Shown: positions 49,961 through 61,172, counted from the stretch's first letter. The stretch is DNA of 64,000 nucleotides from an uncultured delta proteobacterium (GCA_963769935.1 CAVYNY010000010.1:512001-576000); one strand, 5' to 3'. Notes: generated by a model not told the origin, from the sequence alone. Numbers and translations: made by a program.

Positions 49961-52496
49961 CTACTCTCTCGCCAACGCAACCCGTTTGGCAATGGCCGAG
50001 AGCTGCCTGCGATCTGTTTCCGCTTACTGCATCGTCCCAAGCTTGAAGGTCAGCTTGTCGATCGTGCCGGTGAACTTGAACGGCACATCGTAGCGATACT
50101 CGAGAGCGCCAGCGGGGTGCGGGTATCCTCGCCGATGTCGAAGGTTTCGTCCTCCGGGAACGTGATCGGGGTGGAGTGTTCCATGGAATTTTTGGCCACT
50201 TCCTGGCCGTCCACAGAGAGCACGCCCGTCCCTCCCTTGCCCAGGCCCGGTTCAGCAGGCTTGTAGTCGAAGACGATGGTGTGCTTGCCGGCGCCCAACT
50301 CAGGCCCTTCCCACGCCGTGCGCTTGAGGTCGAGCAGGTTGTAGAGGAACACGACCTTGCCCCGGCCGAATCCAAACTCGCCCTTGCTCAGGAACAGGCC
50401 ATAGCCGCCGAAGCGCCCGCCCTGGGTGACGATCATGCCTTCCGCGCCGCCTGCGGGGATCGTCGACCTCGGCGGTGATGGTGTAGGCCTTGTTCAGGAT
50501 GTCCGGTGCAGTGCTGCCCGGCACACCGGTCAGTCCTCCCGAATAGGTGAACTCCGTTCGTCCCGCCGTGAGGCTCGGCTTCGGCGAGTTCCAGCGCGCG
50601 AGCGTCGTGTTGTCGAGCGGCAGCACGTTATACTTCGCCGCCTCGAGGTAGAAGAGGTTCTGCATCTGCTTGAGCTTGTCCGGCATCTTGGCGGCCAGAT
50701 CGTTGTTCTCGGTGGGATCCTCCATGACGTTGTAGAGCTCCCACTTGTACCCGCTGATCACATCGGGCGGCGGCTTGGTGCTCAGCTCCCACGGGAGCGT
50801 CACCGGCGTCGTGGCCGCCACCCACCCGTCGTGATAGATGGCGCGGTTGCCGAGCATCTCGAAATATTGCGTCGTGTGCCGGGTCGGGGCGTTGGCATTG
50901 GCCTTGTCCCAGGTGTACACCATGCTCATGCCTTCGATGGGACGCTGCTTGATGCCGTTGATGGTGTCGGGGGCCGGGATGCCGGTCGCTTCGAGGATGG
51001 TCGGCACGATGTCGATGACGTGGTGGAACTGGCGGCGGATGCCGCCAGGGTCCTTGATGTGGCCGGGCCAGGACATGGCCATGCCCTGGGCCGTCCCGCC
51101 GAAATGCGACGGCACCTGCTTCATCCACTTAAAGGGCGTGTCGAACGCCCACGCCCAGGGCGCCGCAAAGTGCGGGTAGGTCCGAGCGGACCCCCAGAAC
51201 TCGTACCAGAGAAACTGGTCCTTGACCGGCACTTCGACGCCATTGAAGGTGGTGAACTCGTTCGGCGTGCCGTTGAGCATGCCTTCCGCGCTCGCGCCGT
51301 TGTCGCCGCTGATGTAGATGATCAACGTATTGTTGAACTCGCCGAGGTCTTCGACGGCCTGGATGACGCGGCCGATCTCATGATCGGTGTAGGCCTGGTA
51401 CGCCCCATAGACTTCCGCCTGCTTGATGAAGAGCTTCTTTTGCTCCCAGTCGAGCGAGTCCCACCGGGGCAGCTTCGCGCCGCCGTAAATATCCTGTCCG
51501 TCCGGCCACGGGGTCAGTTGCGCGTTCTCGGGCATGATGCCGAGCCGCTTCTGGTTGGCGAAGATGGTCTCCCGCAATTTTTCCCAGCCGTCGTCGAAGA
51601 GATGCATGGCGCTGATCTTGTCGATCCATTCCTTCGTCGGATGATGCGGGGCGTGCGTGCCGCCCGGCACGTAATAGACAAAGAACGGTTTGTCGGGCGC
51701 GAGCTCCTTGAGCTGCTTCATGTACTGGATCGCCTCGTCGGCCATGGCCGTGGTCAGGTTCCAGCCGGGGTTGCCCTGGAAGGGGTAGATGGCCGTGGTA
51801 TTGCGGAACAGGTTCGGCTCCCACTGGCTGGCGTCGCCGCCGACGAAGCCGTAGAAATAATCGAAGCCCATGCCGGTCGGCCATTGATTGAACGGCCCGG
51901 CCTGGCTGTTCTCGAAGAACGGCGTGTTGTGATCCTTGCCGAACCACGAGGTCCCGTAGCCGTTGTCCTTCAGGATCGTGCCAATGGTGCCCTTCTCGAT
52001 CGGGATGATCGAGTCGTAGCCCGGGAACCCCGTCGCGATTTCGCCCACCACCCCGAAGCCCGCCGAGTGATGGTTGCGCCCGGTGATGATCGCCGCCCGC
52101 GTGGGCGAGCAGAGCGACGTGGAGTGGAAGTTTGTATAGCGCAGCCCGCTTTGCGCGATGCGATCCAGGGCCGGGGTCGGGATGACGCCGCCGAAGGTGC
52201 CCGGCGCGCCGAAGCCGTCGTCGTCGGTCATGATGAGCAGCACGTTGGGCGCGCCCTTGGGCGGCACGACGCGCGGCGGCCACCAGGCTTTCGACTCCGA
52301 GGCCTTGTCTTTGATCACCCCGCCGAATTTCGGATCGGGCGGCAGGAAGTTGTTTGCCGTTGATGGTGGTGGTGGCGCTGGGCGAACCCAACTCACCGGT
52401 AACTTGCTGCGCCATGGCCGGCAAGGCGGTCATATACACAATAGCAATCAGCATAACGGCGATTGCCGCCGCTAATGATCGATTTTCTTTTTTCAT
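49961..52496 (-). CDS. Cys-type arylsulfatase 2, exported (frameshifts near 52347, 50460, 50105, 50025)
   Basis: Signal peptide from ATG 52496; PNVLLIMTDD, LCSPTRAAIITGR, HAPH and GDNG; C-terminus FDIGEDT..FKFTGTIDKL. Confidence 0.9.
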
Positions 52497-52584
52497 ATAA
52501 TGCTCCTTTATAAGTTTCAATTCGAAACTTATACCCGGTGAACCGCGGCCATAACAATTTGGCCGGCGGTGCACTTTCGATCAC

Positions 52585-52990
52585 TTACTCCAGCCCTTCC
52601 AGGCTCCGCTGAACCATCTGCATGTACTGCTCTTGCTGCTGCGGGGTTAGCACATGGAAAATCTGGTTGCGCAGCTCCAGCCGGTTCACCATGCGCTTGG
52701 CTGCGATTGCGGAAATCTGCCGGGACACCTCCTGCGCTTTGGACGAATTGAAAGGGGCGCCGGTGACGACCTCGCGGATGGCCCCCCGGTGCTGCAGGGC
52801 CTCATTCACCGCCGTCGGCAGGTTGCTTTGTTTTTGGGCAAACTGATTGAAGAACCAGCGAACCTGATCAATCTGGTTCTGGCTGAGGTTCAGTTCGAAG
52901 ATCAGGGCGCCGATGTGAATCCTGCGCCATCGCGCCCGCCGGGGCAAGGATGAAAATGCCGATCAATGCCAATTTAAGGTAGCGCTTCAT
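52585..52990 (-). CDS. Spy/CpxP-family periplasmic chaperone (frameshift near 52945)
   Basis: LNLSQNQ and VLTPQQQ (LTxxQ) motifs; signal peptide MKRYLKLALIGIFIL after AGGAGG. Confidence 0.75.
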
Positions 52991-53147
52991 GTTCACACCT
53001 CCTGTTGCTATATCTGGTCGTAAAATTTACTGGAATGATTTCCTGTTGCTCCGTTGAATCCCTGGTGAAAACCAGTGAAACCGGCAAATTACCGGGATAA
53101 ACCGGCCCTGGTAAGCTCAATGCTCGATATTCGCTCATTAAATAGTT

Positions 53148-53903
53148 CTAAAGAAACGACTTCTTCTTCACTGCATCCGGCGGAATCCAGCCCTGGTCCA
53201 CGAAGAAGTTTCCCAGATCCACCGCGATCTTGTCCGCCAGGCGTTTGGCGTCCGACTCCACCGTGGCGGAGGTCATTTCGGTGGCCCCGGACAAAGTGCC
53301 GCTCACCAGGGTCGAGGCCAGCAAATGGCCGGCGATGGCCCCGACCCCCATCATCTCGCCCATGCCCGGCTTGTCGCCGCTCTTGGCAGTGCCTTGCAGG
53401 GTATCTACCTCCTTCTTACCCTCGGGCGTTATCTCGTACACCTGCACATTGGCCTGGACGCTGGTCCGGCCGGCGCCCAGCCCGATGGCGACGCGCTCGG
53501 TGCGGTTGCCCTCGTCGATGGACAGCAGCTGGCCCTTAACCATGAGATCTTTTTCATTGCCGTGCGGATAGCCAAAGCCCCGCTCGGCCCAAAGCCCGTA
53601 GCTGCGGATCTTTTTGACCAGCTCCTCCGCCAGGGCGTCGGCCACCTTATGGCCCACCTTGATCTCTTCGGCGGTGCGCGACATGCCTTTGTGCTCCTCG
53701 TATTTCTGCATAAGGTCCGCGCTGAGCCCGGTATCCAGCTCGACCTCCTCGGGCGAGACGGCGAAGTCATAGACCAGGATAAGGCTGGGTCTCGCCAGCT
53801 GAGCGACAGCCATGTTCTCTTGCTGTACGTTTGTCGGCGCGCAGCCTGCGGCAAGGGCCAGCACCAATAAAATTAAGAGTCCGAATTTGATTCTGCTTTT
53901 CAT
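53148..53903 (-). CDS. DUF4410-like lipoprotein (paralog of 44487..45197)
   Basis: Lipobox AAGC, ILVYDFA, DEGNRTERVAIGLGAG and QGWI. Confidence 0.78.
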   Translation of the reverse strand: MKSRIKFGLLILLVLALAAGCAPTNVQQENMAVAQLARPSLILVYDFAVSPEEVELDTGLSADLMQKYEEHKGMSRTAEEIKVGHKVADALAEELVKKIRSYGLWAERGFGYPHGNEKDLMVKGQLLSIDEGNRTERVAIGLGAGRTSVQANVQVYEITPEGKKEVDTLQGTAKSGDKPGMGEMMGVGAIAGHLLASTLVSGTLSGATEMTSATVESDAKRLADKIAVDLGNFFVDQGWIPPDAVKKKSFL

Positions 53904-53948
53904 AGTTTTTCTCCTTTGCTTGAAACGGTTCAACGGATTCGTTTGATG

Positions 53949-54554
53949 TTAGAATAACGTGTCCTTGATCAAAGCCGGCAGCACCGGTATCATTTGGAAA
54001 CGGATGTCCCAATGCTGCCCGAAATCGTCCGGGTGCACCACCATGTAATCCGCCTCGACGGTGAACTTCACCGGCAGGCGGCCGATCCTGACCATCTTGC
54101 CGATGCCCAGGCCGACGGGCACGGTAAAGCGATTATCCTGGTCGGCCTTCCAGTCGATGAGGATATTCGGCGCCATGCCGATCTGCCAGTTGTCCCCGAA
54201 AAAATACTGAATGAAATACTGGATATTGGCCTGGCTGGTGGCTTCGCGGTCCCCGTCGCCGGCAAACGACCACCACTGCTGGGCCAGGGAGCCGAAAACC
54301 CACTCCTTCCCCATGTAAAGCCCCACCGCGGCCGGGCCCGCCTGGTACTGGCCCTGCCCCAAAGCGTCGTTGGTGGCCGTGGGAAAAATGAAAGTCGGCC
54401 CCACCCCCCATATGAAGCCGCTGGACAGCTTGGCCGGCGAAAGGAGCGACACCAGCGCGATGTCGCCGAGGCCGGACTTGTCGTCCCAGCCCTCTCCCGG
54501 CTCAAAATCAGGGGAGCTGAATAGGTAGGGGAAGACCGGGCGGGTGATGAGGTT
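53949..54554 (-). CDS. Exon 2 of an outer-membrane beta-barrel/porin-like gene
   Basis: NLITRPVFP, GLGDI, WGVGPTFIFPTA, TVPVGLG; continues exon 1 in frame once the intron is removed. Confidence 0.8.
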   Translation of the reverse strand, partial: NLITRPVFPYLFSSPDFEPGEGWDDKSGLGDIALVSLLSPAKLSSGFIWGVGPTFIFPTATNDALGQGQYQAGPAAVGLYMGKEWVFGSLAQQWWSFAGDGDREATSQANIQYFIQYFFGDNWQIGMAPNILIDWKADQDNRFTVPVGLGIGKMVRIGRLPVKFTVEADYMVVHPDDFGQHWDIRFQMIPVLPALIKDTLF

Positions 54555-56799
54555 TCCGGGTAAAGGCACTGCTTGCGCAGCGCCCTCCCCACAGACCCGT
54601 ACTTGAAGATTTCCCTCATACGGTTCCTCGGTTCCAATCCTTTTTACCGAATTGGAAACCAAACAGGCGACACCCCGATTGGCGCATAACTTTGCTGCCC
54701 TTTAGGCTTATCAGATATTGTGGACTATCCTGGGTATAGGCAATGGAAAGCTGGCTCGGATTTTCTCGAACTTTTCCCAGCTGATGCCGCCCTTGTGGCT
54801 GCGGCGGCTTAGCCAGAACCGCCAAGCCTTCTCGGCGTACTCAAATACAACCTCAAGGGCCTTGTAGTTGCCACGTACTCCAAAGTACAGGTAGTAGCCC
54901 CGCAACTTCGTACATAGCATCTGATGTTGCTCCTTGATCGGCTCATGCCGATTTTCACGACACCACTGCCACAGCCGCTTCATAAAACGCGACAGCCGCT
55001 TGCCTATTGTTTTCTTCTTTATCACCCAGTAGCCTCGAAGCGATTTTGACCAGTAAAAGGTAAAGCCCAGAAAATCAAACGTACCTTTTCCTTTGCCTTT
55101 TTCCTTTAACGGCGGCCTTCTGAAGTCGATGACCGCGGTCTTGTCCGCATGAAGGGCCAAGCCATACTCATTGAACCGTTTTGGCAGTACATTCATTATC
55201 CGCTTTGCGTCTGACTCGAACTCACAACCGATGATAAAGTCATCCGCATAGCGAATGATGAAACATTTGCCCTTCATTCGAGGCAATGCTTGCTTTACAA
55301 ACCATTCGTCCAGCACATAGTGCAGGAATATGTTCGAAAGCACGGTGAAATTACTCCGCCTTGAGGCACTCCTTTGCCAGGATAGGAAAGAATCCCTTCT
55401 TCCATCACCCCGGCGTTCAACCATTTGCCGATCAGACGCAGCATCCCACCGTCATTGACCCTTCGCTTAATAAACTTGCGAAGCAGATTATGATCAATGT
55501 TGTCAAATAGTCCTTCGATATCTGCGCTCACTATCCAGCCTATGTTCAGCTTCCGGCAATCCTCACGTATCTGGTGGATTGCCTTGTGCTGGCTGTGGCC
55601 CTTGCGAAAGGCGTGGGAAAAATCATAGAAGTTCACGTCATAGATGACGTTTAAGATGGTAGACGCTGCCCTTTGGACGATTTTGTCCTCCAGAGCCGGT
55701 ATACCGATCGGCCTATTTTTCCCCCTTCCTTGTCGATCCAGATCCGTCTTACCGGTGTGGCAACGTACTGACCTCTGCGCAGCCGTTGATATAGATTATA
55801 GAGGTTTTCATCAAGATCCTTGGCGTACTCCTTGGCCGTGATCTTGTCCACACCGGCTGACTTACTCTTACGAACCTGACGAAAGGATTTCTTCAACAGG
55901 TACAAATCAATCCTGTGGACCACAGAGGTGAATACCAGCTCCGGCTCACTCTCTGCCAGCATTCTGATCCGTAAAAGCGATGATTCGCCCTCAAACAGCG
56001 GCGGGCCTCCTCCTGACGGATCTGCCACACCCTGACCGGAATCGCCAGCAGCCTTTGCCGCAATTCCCTGGGTTTCCGTGGATATGGTTGGTGACCTCTG
56101 AGTATCTCCCATAGTTCCTTCCAGAGAAACGTTATACCCGGCTTCTCCTTCCCTGCAGTGGGTCGCTTGGGCCTCACTTCCCCACCTTACCGGTCCAGCA
56201 TTTACGTTCCTGACCATCGGTACTATGATCCGCTAAGACTTCCAGAAAGTCCATCTCGGGTTTGTTCGCTTTTCGCTATCCTCCCCCGATACCTTGTATT
56301 GCTCCTTTGCTTTCGTCTCGCTGGTCAGGTTAGAGCGCCCCTTCACAGCGCCTGGATTCTCGCCTCGTTGCGCTGGCCGGCACCCTCCAACCGGTTATTG
56401 TACACAAGGAAAACATCTGGATCTCCCGAGTTCCCAAGTTACCCCTATGAGCACATGCCCTGGTCTCAGACCCCGGTGGTGTCCCGAATGCTTGCCATAG
56501 CGCATGTGGGACTGCTGCCTTCCGGCCAGATGAACGCCGTCGGCTTTCTCTCATACAAGCGGAACTTATCCCAAGGTCCACAACTATACATTTTTCGGGG
56601 CTCAATACACAGCCTGCATCCTTGATCCATCCGGCTTCGGACTCCCGTCTCCGGGTTGGCCCGCGGATTCACTACTGACCTGGTGGCTAACCTTTAGTCA
56701 GGTGGGACTTGAACCTAGGTGATCCTCACCCACTGGGTAACAATATCGAATTTCACCTCCTTGGAAGGTTCCCAACGATTCGGGCTTAGCTGGGCACGA
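54555..56799 (-). mobile_element. Group II intron (~2245 nt) inserted in sense orientation in the porin-like gene
   Basis: Domain V GAACCGTATGAG-GGAAAT-CTTCAAGTACGGGTC and a domain VI hairpin at the 3' end; RT ORF inside; ~690-nt region upstream of the RT start; excision restores LPIHLTKEW|NLITRP. Boundaries uncertain by 2 nt. Confidence 0.92.
54711..56112 (-). CDS. ltrA: Group II intron reverse transcriptase/maturase without endonuclease domain (two frameshifts, near 55715 and 55343)
   Basis: AGVD, RPIGIPALEDKIVQ, ADIEGLFDNIDH, GVPQGGVISP, RYADD, FDFLGF; domain X LRGYYLYF; ends at PRIVHNI. Confidence 0.9.
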
Positions 56800-57065
56800 C
56801 CACTCCTTTGTCAGGTGAATCGGCAGAACAGGCTGGAAGTTCATCACATCCTGCTCGCGGGTCTTGTCCGTCGCTTCCCCCTGCAAGTAGTAGCGGTTGA
56901 ACTGAAAGTTCAGTGCCCAGATGTCCGCTACCGGGTTGTTGAGCTGCTTGGCCACATCGGCCATGGACTTGTGATCCGGCGCGGCGGGTTCGCCCGTCTG
57001 GGCACCTGCGCCGCCGGGCAGGCAAAAAACAATACACAGAAAACTAAAAGCCATCGAATTTTCAT
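56800..57065 (-). CDS. Exon 1 of the porin-like gene
   Basis: Signal peptide, AKQLNNPVA..FQPVLPIHLTKEW; start is 57054, or 57065 with a frameshift. Confidence 0.75.
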
Positions 57066-57272
57066 AATTTATTCCCTTTCATGGTCTATCGGAGCTAAAA
57101 CCGCATTGCCTGTTTTAAACTCGGCTGGCCTTATTCCTCCTGACAGTCGGGTATGAGGAGCAGCTGAGGGTCGAGCGGCTGAACAGCCGCCGATCGCGCT
57201 GTCCGCCCCAACCTGTGTGCTGTCCATAAAGGCCGCTCTCCGACAAGCTTAACAGTAGATCGGAACGCAAAA

Positions 57273-58812
57273 TCACGGTTGAAGTTCGATTTCTCCCGGC
57301 CGCCAGGTCTTGTCGAACCACGGCTCAAGCGGGCCGTACAGGCGCAGGATCATGAACCAGCCTTTGCCGGGAATCGTCTGCACCCAGTTGTTTTCCTTTC
57401 CTGCCGGAGCTTTGGGGCCGAAATAGACATCGACCGAGCCGTCCTTGTTGACGAGCAGATCCTTGTTCTGGCTGCTGACGCTGGGGAACTGCTGATCGGT
57501 TTGGACCATCGAGCGCGTCTGGTTGTCATAGACGATGACCGACCAGAAGTCTTTGACCGGAATGTTTGGCGGCAGGTGCAGCTTATAGTTGTTTCCGCCC
57601 TCAAACGGGTTGCCGTCCGCGTCCTGTGCGCGACCAGGGATACTGCGAACCTTTGCCGACCATTTTCTCCGCCATGGCCGGCGTCACGCCGGTGGCGAAA
57701 TAGTAAAAGAAATGGCCCCGTCCAGATTGGCCACGCCGGTGCAGCTCTCGAACTTGTAGCCGCCGAAGAAGGGCAGACGCCAAGGGCTGTCTGGATAGAA
57801 GAAGGCGTCTTTGTCACGAATCCTGAAGGCGATCGCTCGCGCGGTCACGCTGCCAATCTTCGCGGCGTCCGTCAGGATCTTCTTCATCCGATCATCGGGA
57901 TTGAAGGGCTTGCCCTTCTCGATGCCGATCGAGGCAAACAGACCCAGCGTGGTGGGGTCGCTTCCCTCGCTTGGCTCTTCCTGAATGGCTTCGTTCAGGA
58001 GACTCCAGAAGGTGTAGTCGCTGGGCGGGACAAAGGTCGAGGGAATGCCCGGAGGCATTGACGAACTTCATCTCGGGAGGATTGGCCGCATCGGAGAGCT
58101 GATAGATCTTCAGATGTTTCTTGACCGCCTCGACGCCGGGCTTGGTCGAGCCATCGACGAGAAAGGAGCGAAAGGGCATCCAGTTGCCATAGGTGCTCGG
58201 CCGCACGACGAAATAGCCCTCGGGCACTTCGCCTTTGTAGCCCGGAGGCAGGATCAGATACTTGCCGCCTTTGCCATGGTCTGCACCTGTAATACCGATG
58301 TCGGCAACCCATTGATACCAGAAGTCATCGATGAGACCCAGAACCATGGGTGGAACCTCTACGACCAGCGGCCCCTTTTTCGTGTCAAGCCAAATGAAGC
58401 TATATATGGTGTTGTCGTTCGCCGTCAGTTCCACGGTTTTCGAATCCACAAGGTCTTCCCAGATCACATCTGTCTGGTTTACCGGTCCGAACTCGCGGAG
58501 CGTGGCGCGCATGCCGACCTGGTTGACTATCGGGATGGCAAGCAGGTAGGCCTGCAGCGCTCGCGAGGCATCCAGGTTGTCGTAGACTTTCTGCGTGGTC
58601 GCGTCATCGGGATAGCCGTAGTTCAGGTTCAGGGTGCCGATGGATGTTTCGACCTTGTCAGGTACCGCTATGCCCTGCGGTAAGGAAGTTGAATACTTGT
58701 ACTCCGGTGCCGCCGGCGCACCTGAGAGCTGCGGTACGGTGCCGGCACATGAGGCGACCGTGATCAAGGCAGCCAATGCTGTGCAGATCGATAGTTGGTT
58801 GCGTGTTGTCAT
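57273..58812 (-). CDS. DUF1254/DUF1214 lipoprotein (frameshifts near 58050, 57720, 57630)
   Basis: LTANDNTIY, GPLVVEVPP, GKGGKYLILPPGY, FWSVIVYD, DGSVDVYFGP, ENNWVQT and LRLYGP. Confidence 0.85.
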
Positions 58813-59027
58813 TCGTCTTTCCTCCTTTTACTGTAAGCGGTTCACTGAAATCAACTAATCCATCCGGCTTTTGGTAACAAAATCCTCCGAAGCCGTCCGC
58901 ATTGAACCGATCTGCCGAACCCGCCGCTGCTCCGACCTCGGTATTGATTTCCCACACCTAATCCGGACAAGCCGGAATTGAAAATTGAAGATTTGTGCAC
59001 AAAATGCACGAATTTAACTTCTAAGAT

Positions 59028-59359
59028 CTATTCGCGGGTTTGGATTCTGGCCTGTTCTATGGTTTCCACGCCGGTCGAGTGCGCGATTTGTCGAAACGGA
59101 TCTCCGGGGGTTCGGCGGCCATCTCGACCACCAGAAGAACTTTGCGGTATTTCTCGGATCGCAGATGACACTGCACGTCCTCGTCACTCATCCAGAGTTC
59201 CTCGAGCAGGATAGCGCGCCCATCCTCCACACCCCCATAAAGCCAGCGGCCGATACAACCCGGCTCGAATTGGGTCTGCTCGGTCGTCGAACCCAGAATT
59301 TCCAAGGCCTCGCTCTGCTTTTCAAGTGGTATGAGCATCCTGATGGTGGATCGTACCAT
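59028..59359 (-). CDS. ABM-family (putative quinol monooxygenase) protein, frameshift near the 3' end
   Basis: EPGC...LY, EELW and HLRSEKYR pattern. Confidence 0.75.
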
Positions 59360-59516
59360 TCTCGTCCCTTTAAGAGTCTTCAGGTCGACGGTTTGTAAAC
59401 CGTCCGCCGGGGATCCGAACCCGTCCGGAGGTTCACAGAAATTATTGATACTATCTGATGAAACAGCGCAGGCATCTCTGTAGATCTATAAAATTTTCCT
59501 GCTTCCCAACTATGTG

Positions 59517-59532
59517 AGCGAAATCTATGCCA
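59517..59532 (-). promoter_or_regulatory. Sigma54 promoter at the head of the minus-strand envelope gene run
   Basis: Minus strand TGGCATAGATTTCGCT fits GG-N10-GC, ~160 bp upstream of the ABM gene. Confidence 0.55.
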
Positions 59533-59925
59533 GATGGATGAGAACAGGCTGCCTGTCGGATAAGACCCTTTATATATTAGATTTTTGCTAATTGGCGCCG
59601 GGTGAACGCAAGGGGAATAAAATCGGCTTTCTGCCGATATTTCGGCACACTGCTCTTATTTCGGCATGCTTTTAAGGCCCTCACAAAAATTTTTGAACTC
59701 TCAATCGGGAATTTGCCTTCTCCCGCGAAGCGACAGGATGCTATCAAATGCTTCCATCCAAGATCCTTCATAGCAGGGCTCCTTTAAAACTAAAATGAGA
59801 CGTTCAAACTAAGACGGGGCGTTCGTGCGAGCTTTTACAAATCGATAATCGCTGGTACTTCAAAATGCATCATCCGTCAAAAAATCTTAAATTCCCGGTC
59901 GAGGCAGGGCGCATTCGTATGGCCC

Positions 59926-60709
59926 TCAGGGCTGCAGGCCGACATTCGCGAGAGCGGTCCGGGCTGCTTCGGCGCTCAGCCGCTCGACGTGGGGCCTGAC
60001 CTGCCGGATCACCTCCGGACTGAGAAACCGAAGATCGCTTTTCCAGGGAAAATCCGGCAAGGATGATTGGCTGCAGGGCGCCTGCGCGTAGCTTGCCAGG
60101 GTCGCCGGCCGAGTCTGGAAAATCGCGACAACGATGTTGGCATAGGGAGTTGCCGTGTTTTGGAAGGGCGAAAAAAATTGGGAGAGTCCCGAAAGAGCCT
60201 TGGTCCGGGTGTAGATTCCATAGCCTTTGGTGGCCACCGGATCATTAGCGATCTTAAAGCAGGCAACCTGCGGCCACCGGCCGGAGTCGTAGCTGCTTAC
60301 GGAGATGATCAGATCCAGGCGGTTTTCTTCGGCGGTTTGGTTTATAAAGGCCTTGAGATCATCCCCCATCCACCCCGTAACGGCGTTGAGGATACTGTTT
60401 GACATCGACTGCTTCCAGTCTTGCGGGGCATTGCCCGCGATGGGGATAAACGTATAGCTGCCGCGGGCCCGCAAGTCACTTTCGATTGTCCGGGTGAGGT
60501 AACCCGGAATGTTCCAATCCACATTGTAATCTTTGGTAAAGCTGTCGAAGCGCAGCGATCCAACATCCACGTGGGTCATATCAGTCTCCAGCAGATTGAG
60601 GATGCCGATTCGGGCTTCCGGCGGCAACTGCAGCCGTACCGGTTGCGAACCCGCGCAACCCAGTTACGCTCATCATAATCAGAAACAAAGCAGGACGAAA
60701 GATGTGCAT
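59926..60709 (-). CDS. Hypothetical lipoprotein (frameshift near 60662)
   Basis: AAGGAG RBS, ATG at 60709, signal peptide ending in GCAGSQ, then ORF 59926..60627. Confidence 0.6.
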
Positions 60710-60787
60710 GTGACAGGGCTCCTTTATTTTAGCAGCTAATTGACTGATTTTACGAAAAATGCCTGCTTAATTGTAATGGAAATTATG

Positions 60788-61005
60788 AAAATCCCAAGCA
60801 CCAAAAACCAAATCCCAAACAAATATCAATGATTCAAATTCAAAATTCCAAACAATTGAACCGTCCACAGTTGTGCCAACGGCATCATCACCGGCAGACG
60901 AGGGGTTGAGAAGCGATGCGATACAACTATTTTGAATGTTTGGGTTATTGAATATTCAAAAATTTGCTATTTATTTGTAATTTGGTGCTTGAGATTTGGG
61001 ATTTT
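60788..61005. repeat. Heptamer inverted-arm hairpin element
   Basis: Left arm AAAATCCCAAGCACCAAA..CCAAACA (60788-60854) is complementary to right arm TGTTTGG..TTTGGTGCTTGAGATTTGGGATTTT (60937-61005). Confidence 0.85.
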
Positions 61006-61172
61006 ATTTTCTCACATCTTCTGGTCAAACTGGCTTAGAAGGCACTTTGGCGTGACCCTGGTGCATGTGATGACTCCTAACGAATCACTAATAGCTTCGA
61101 CCTAAATTGAGCAATTAAATTGAGAAGATTGCTACAATCGCATGTGCAGGCAGGGACGTCCTCTGAGCTTTC

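Noticed and set aside
50426..52363. Long antisense ORFs (also 47326..48552, 5669..6787, 8309..9385)
   Set aside because: Shadow ORFs opposite GC-rich real genes, with no recognisable motifs.
46815..52496. Programmed frameshifting or recoding in the sulfatases
   Set aside because: The shifts are numerous, at non-equivalent positions in the two paralogs, and lack slippery-site signals; sequencing indels are the simpler explanation.
54711..56112. Retron, DGR or CRISPR-associated RT
   Set aside because: Domain V/VI RNA, maturase domain X and the split host gene identify a group II intron; no TR/VR pair or msr-msd was seen.
59577..59771. 64-aa ORF with a good RBS
   Set aside because: Possibly a truncated gene remnant, but I cannot support a family assignment.
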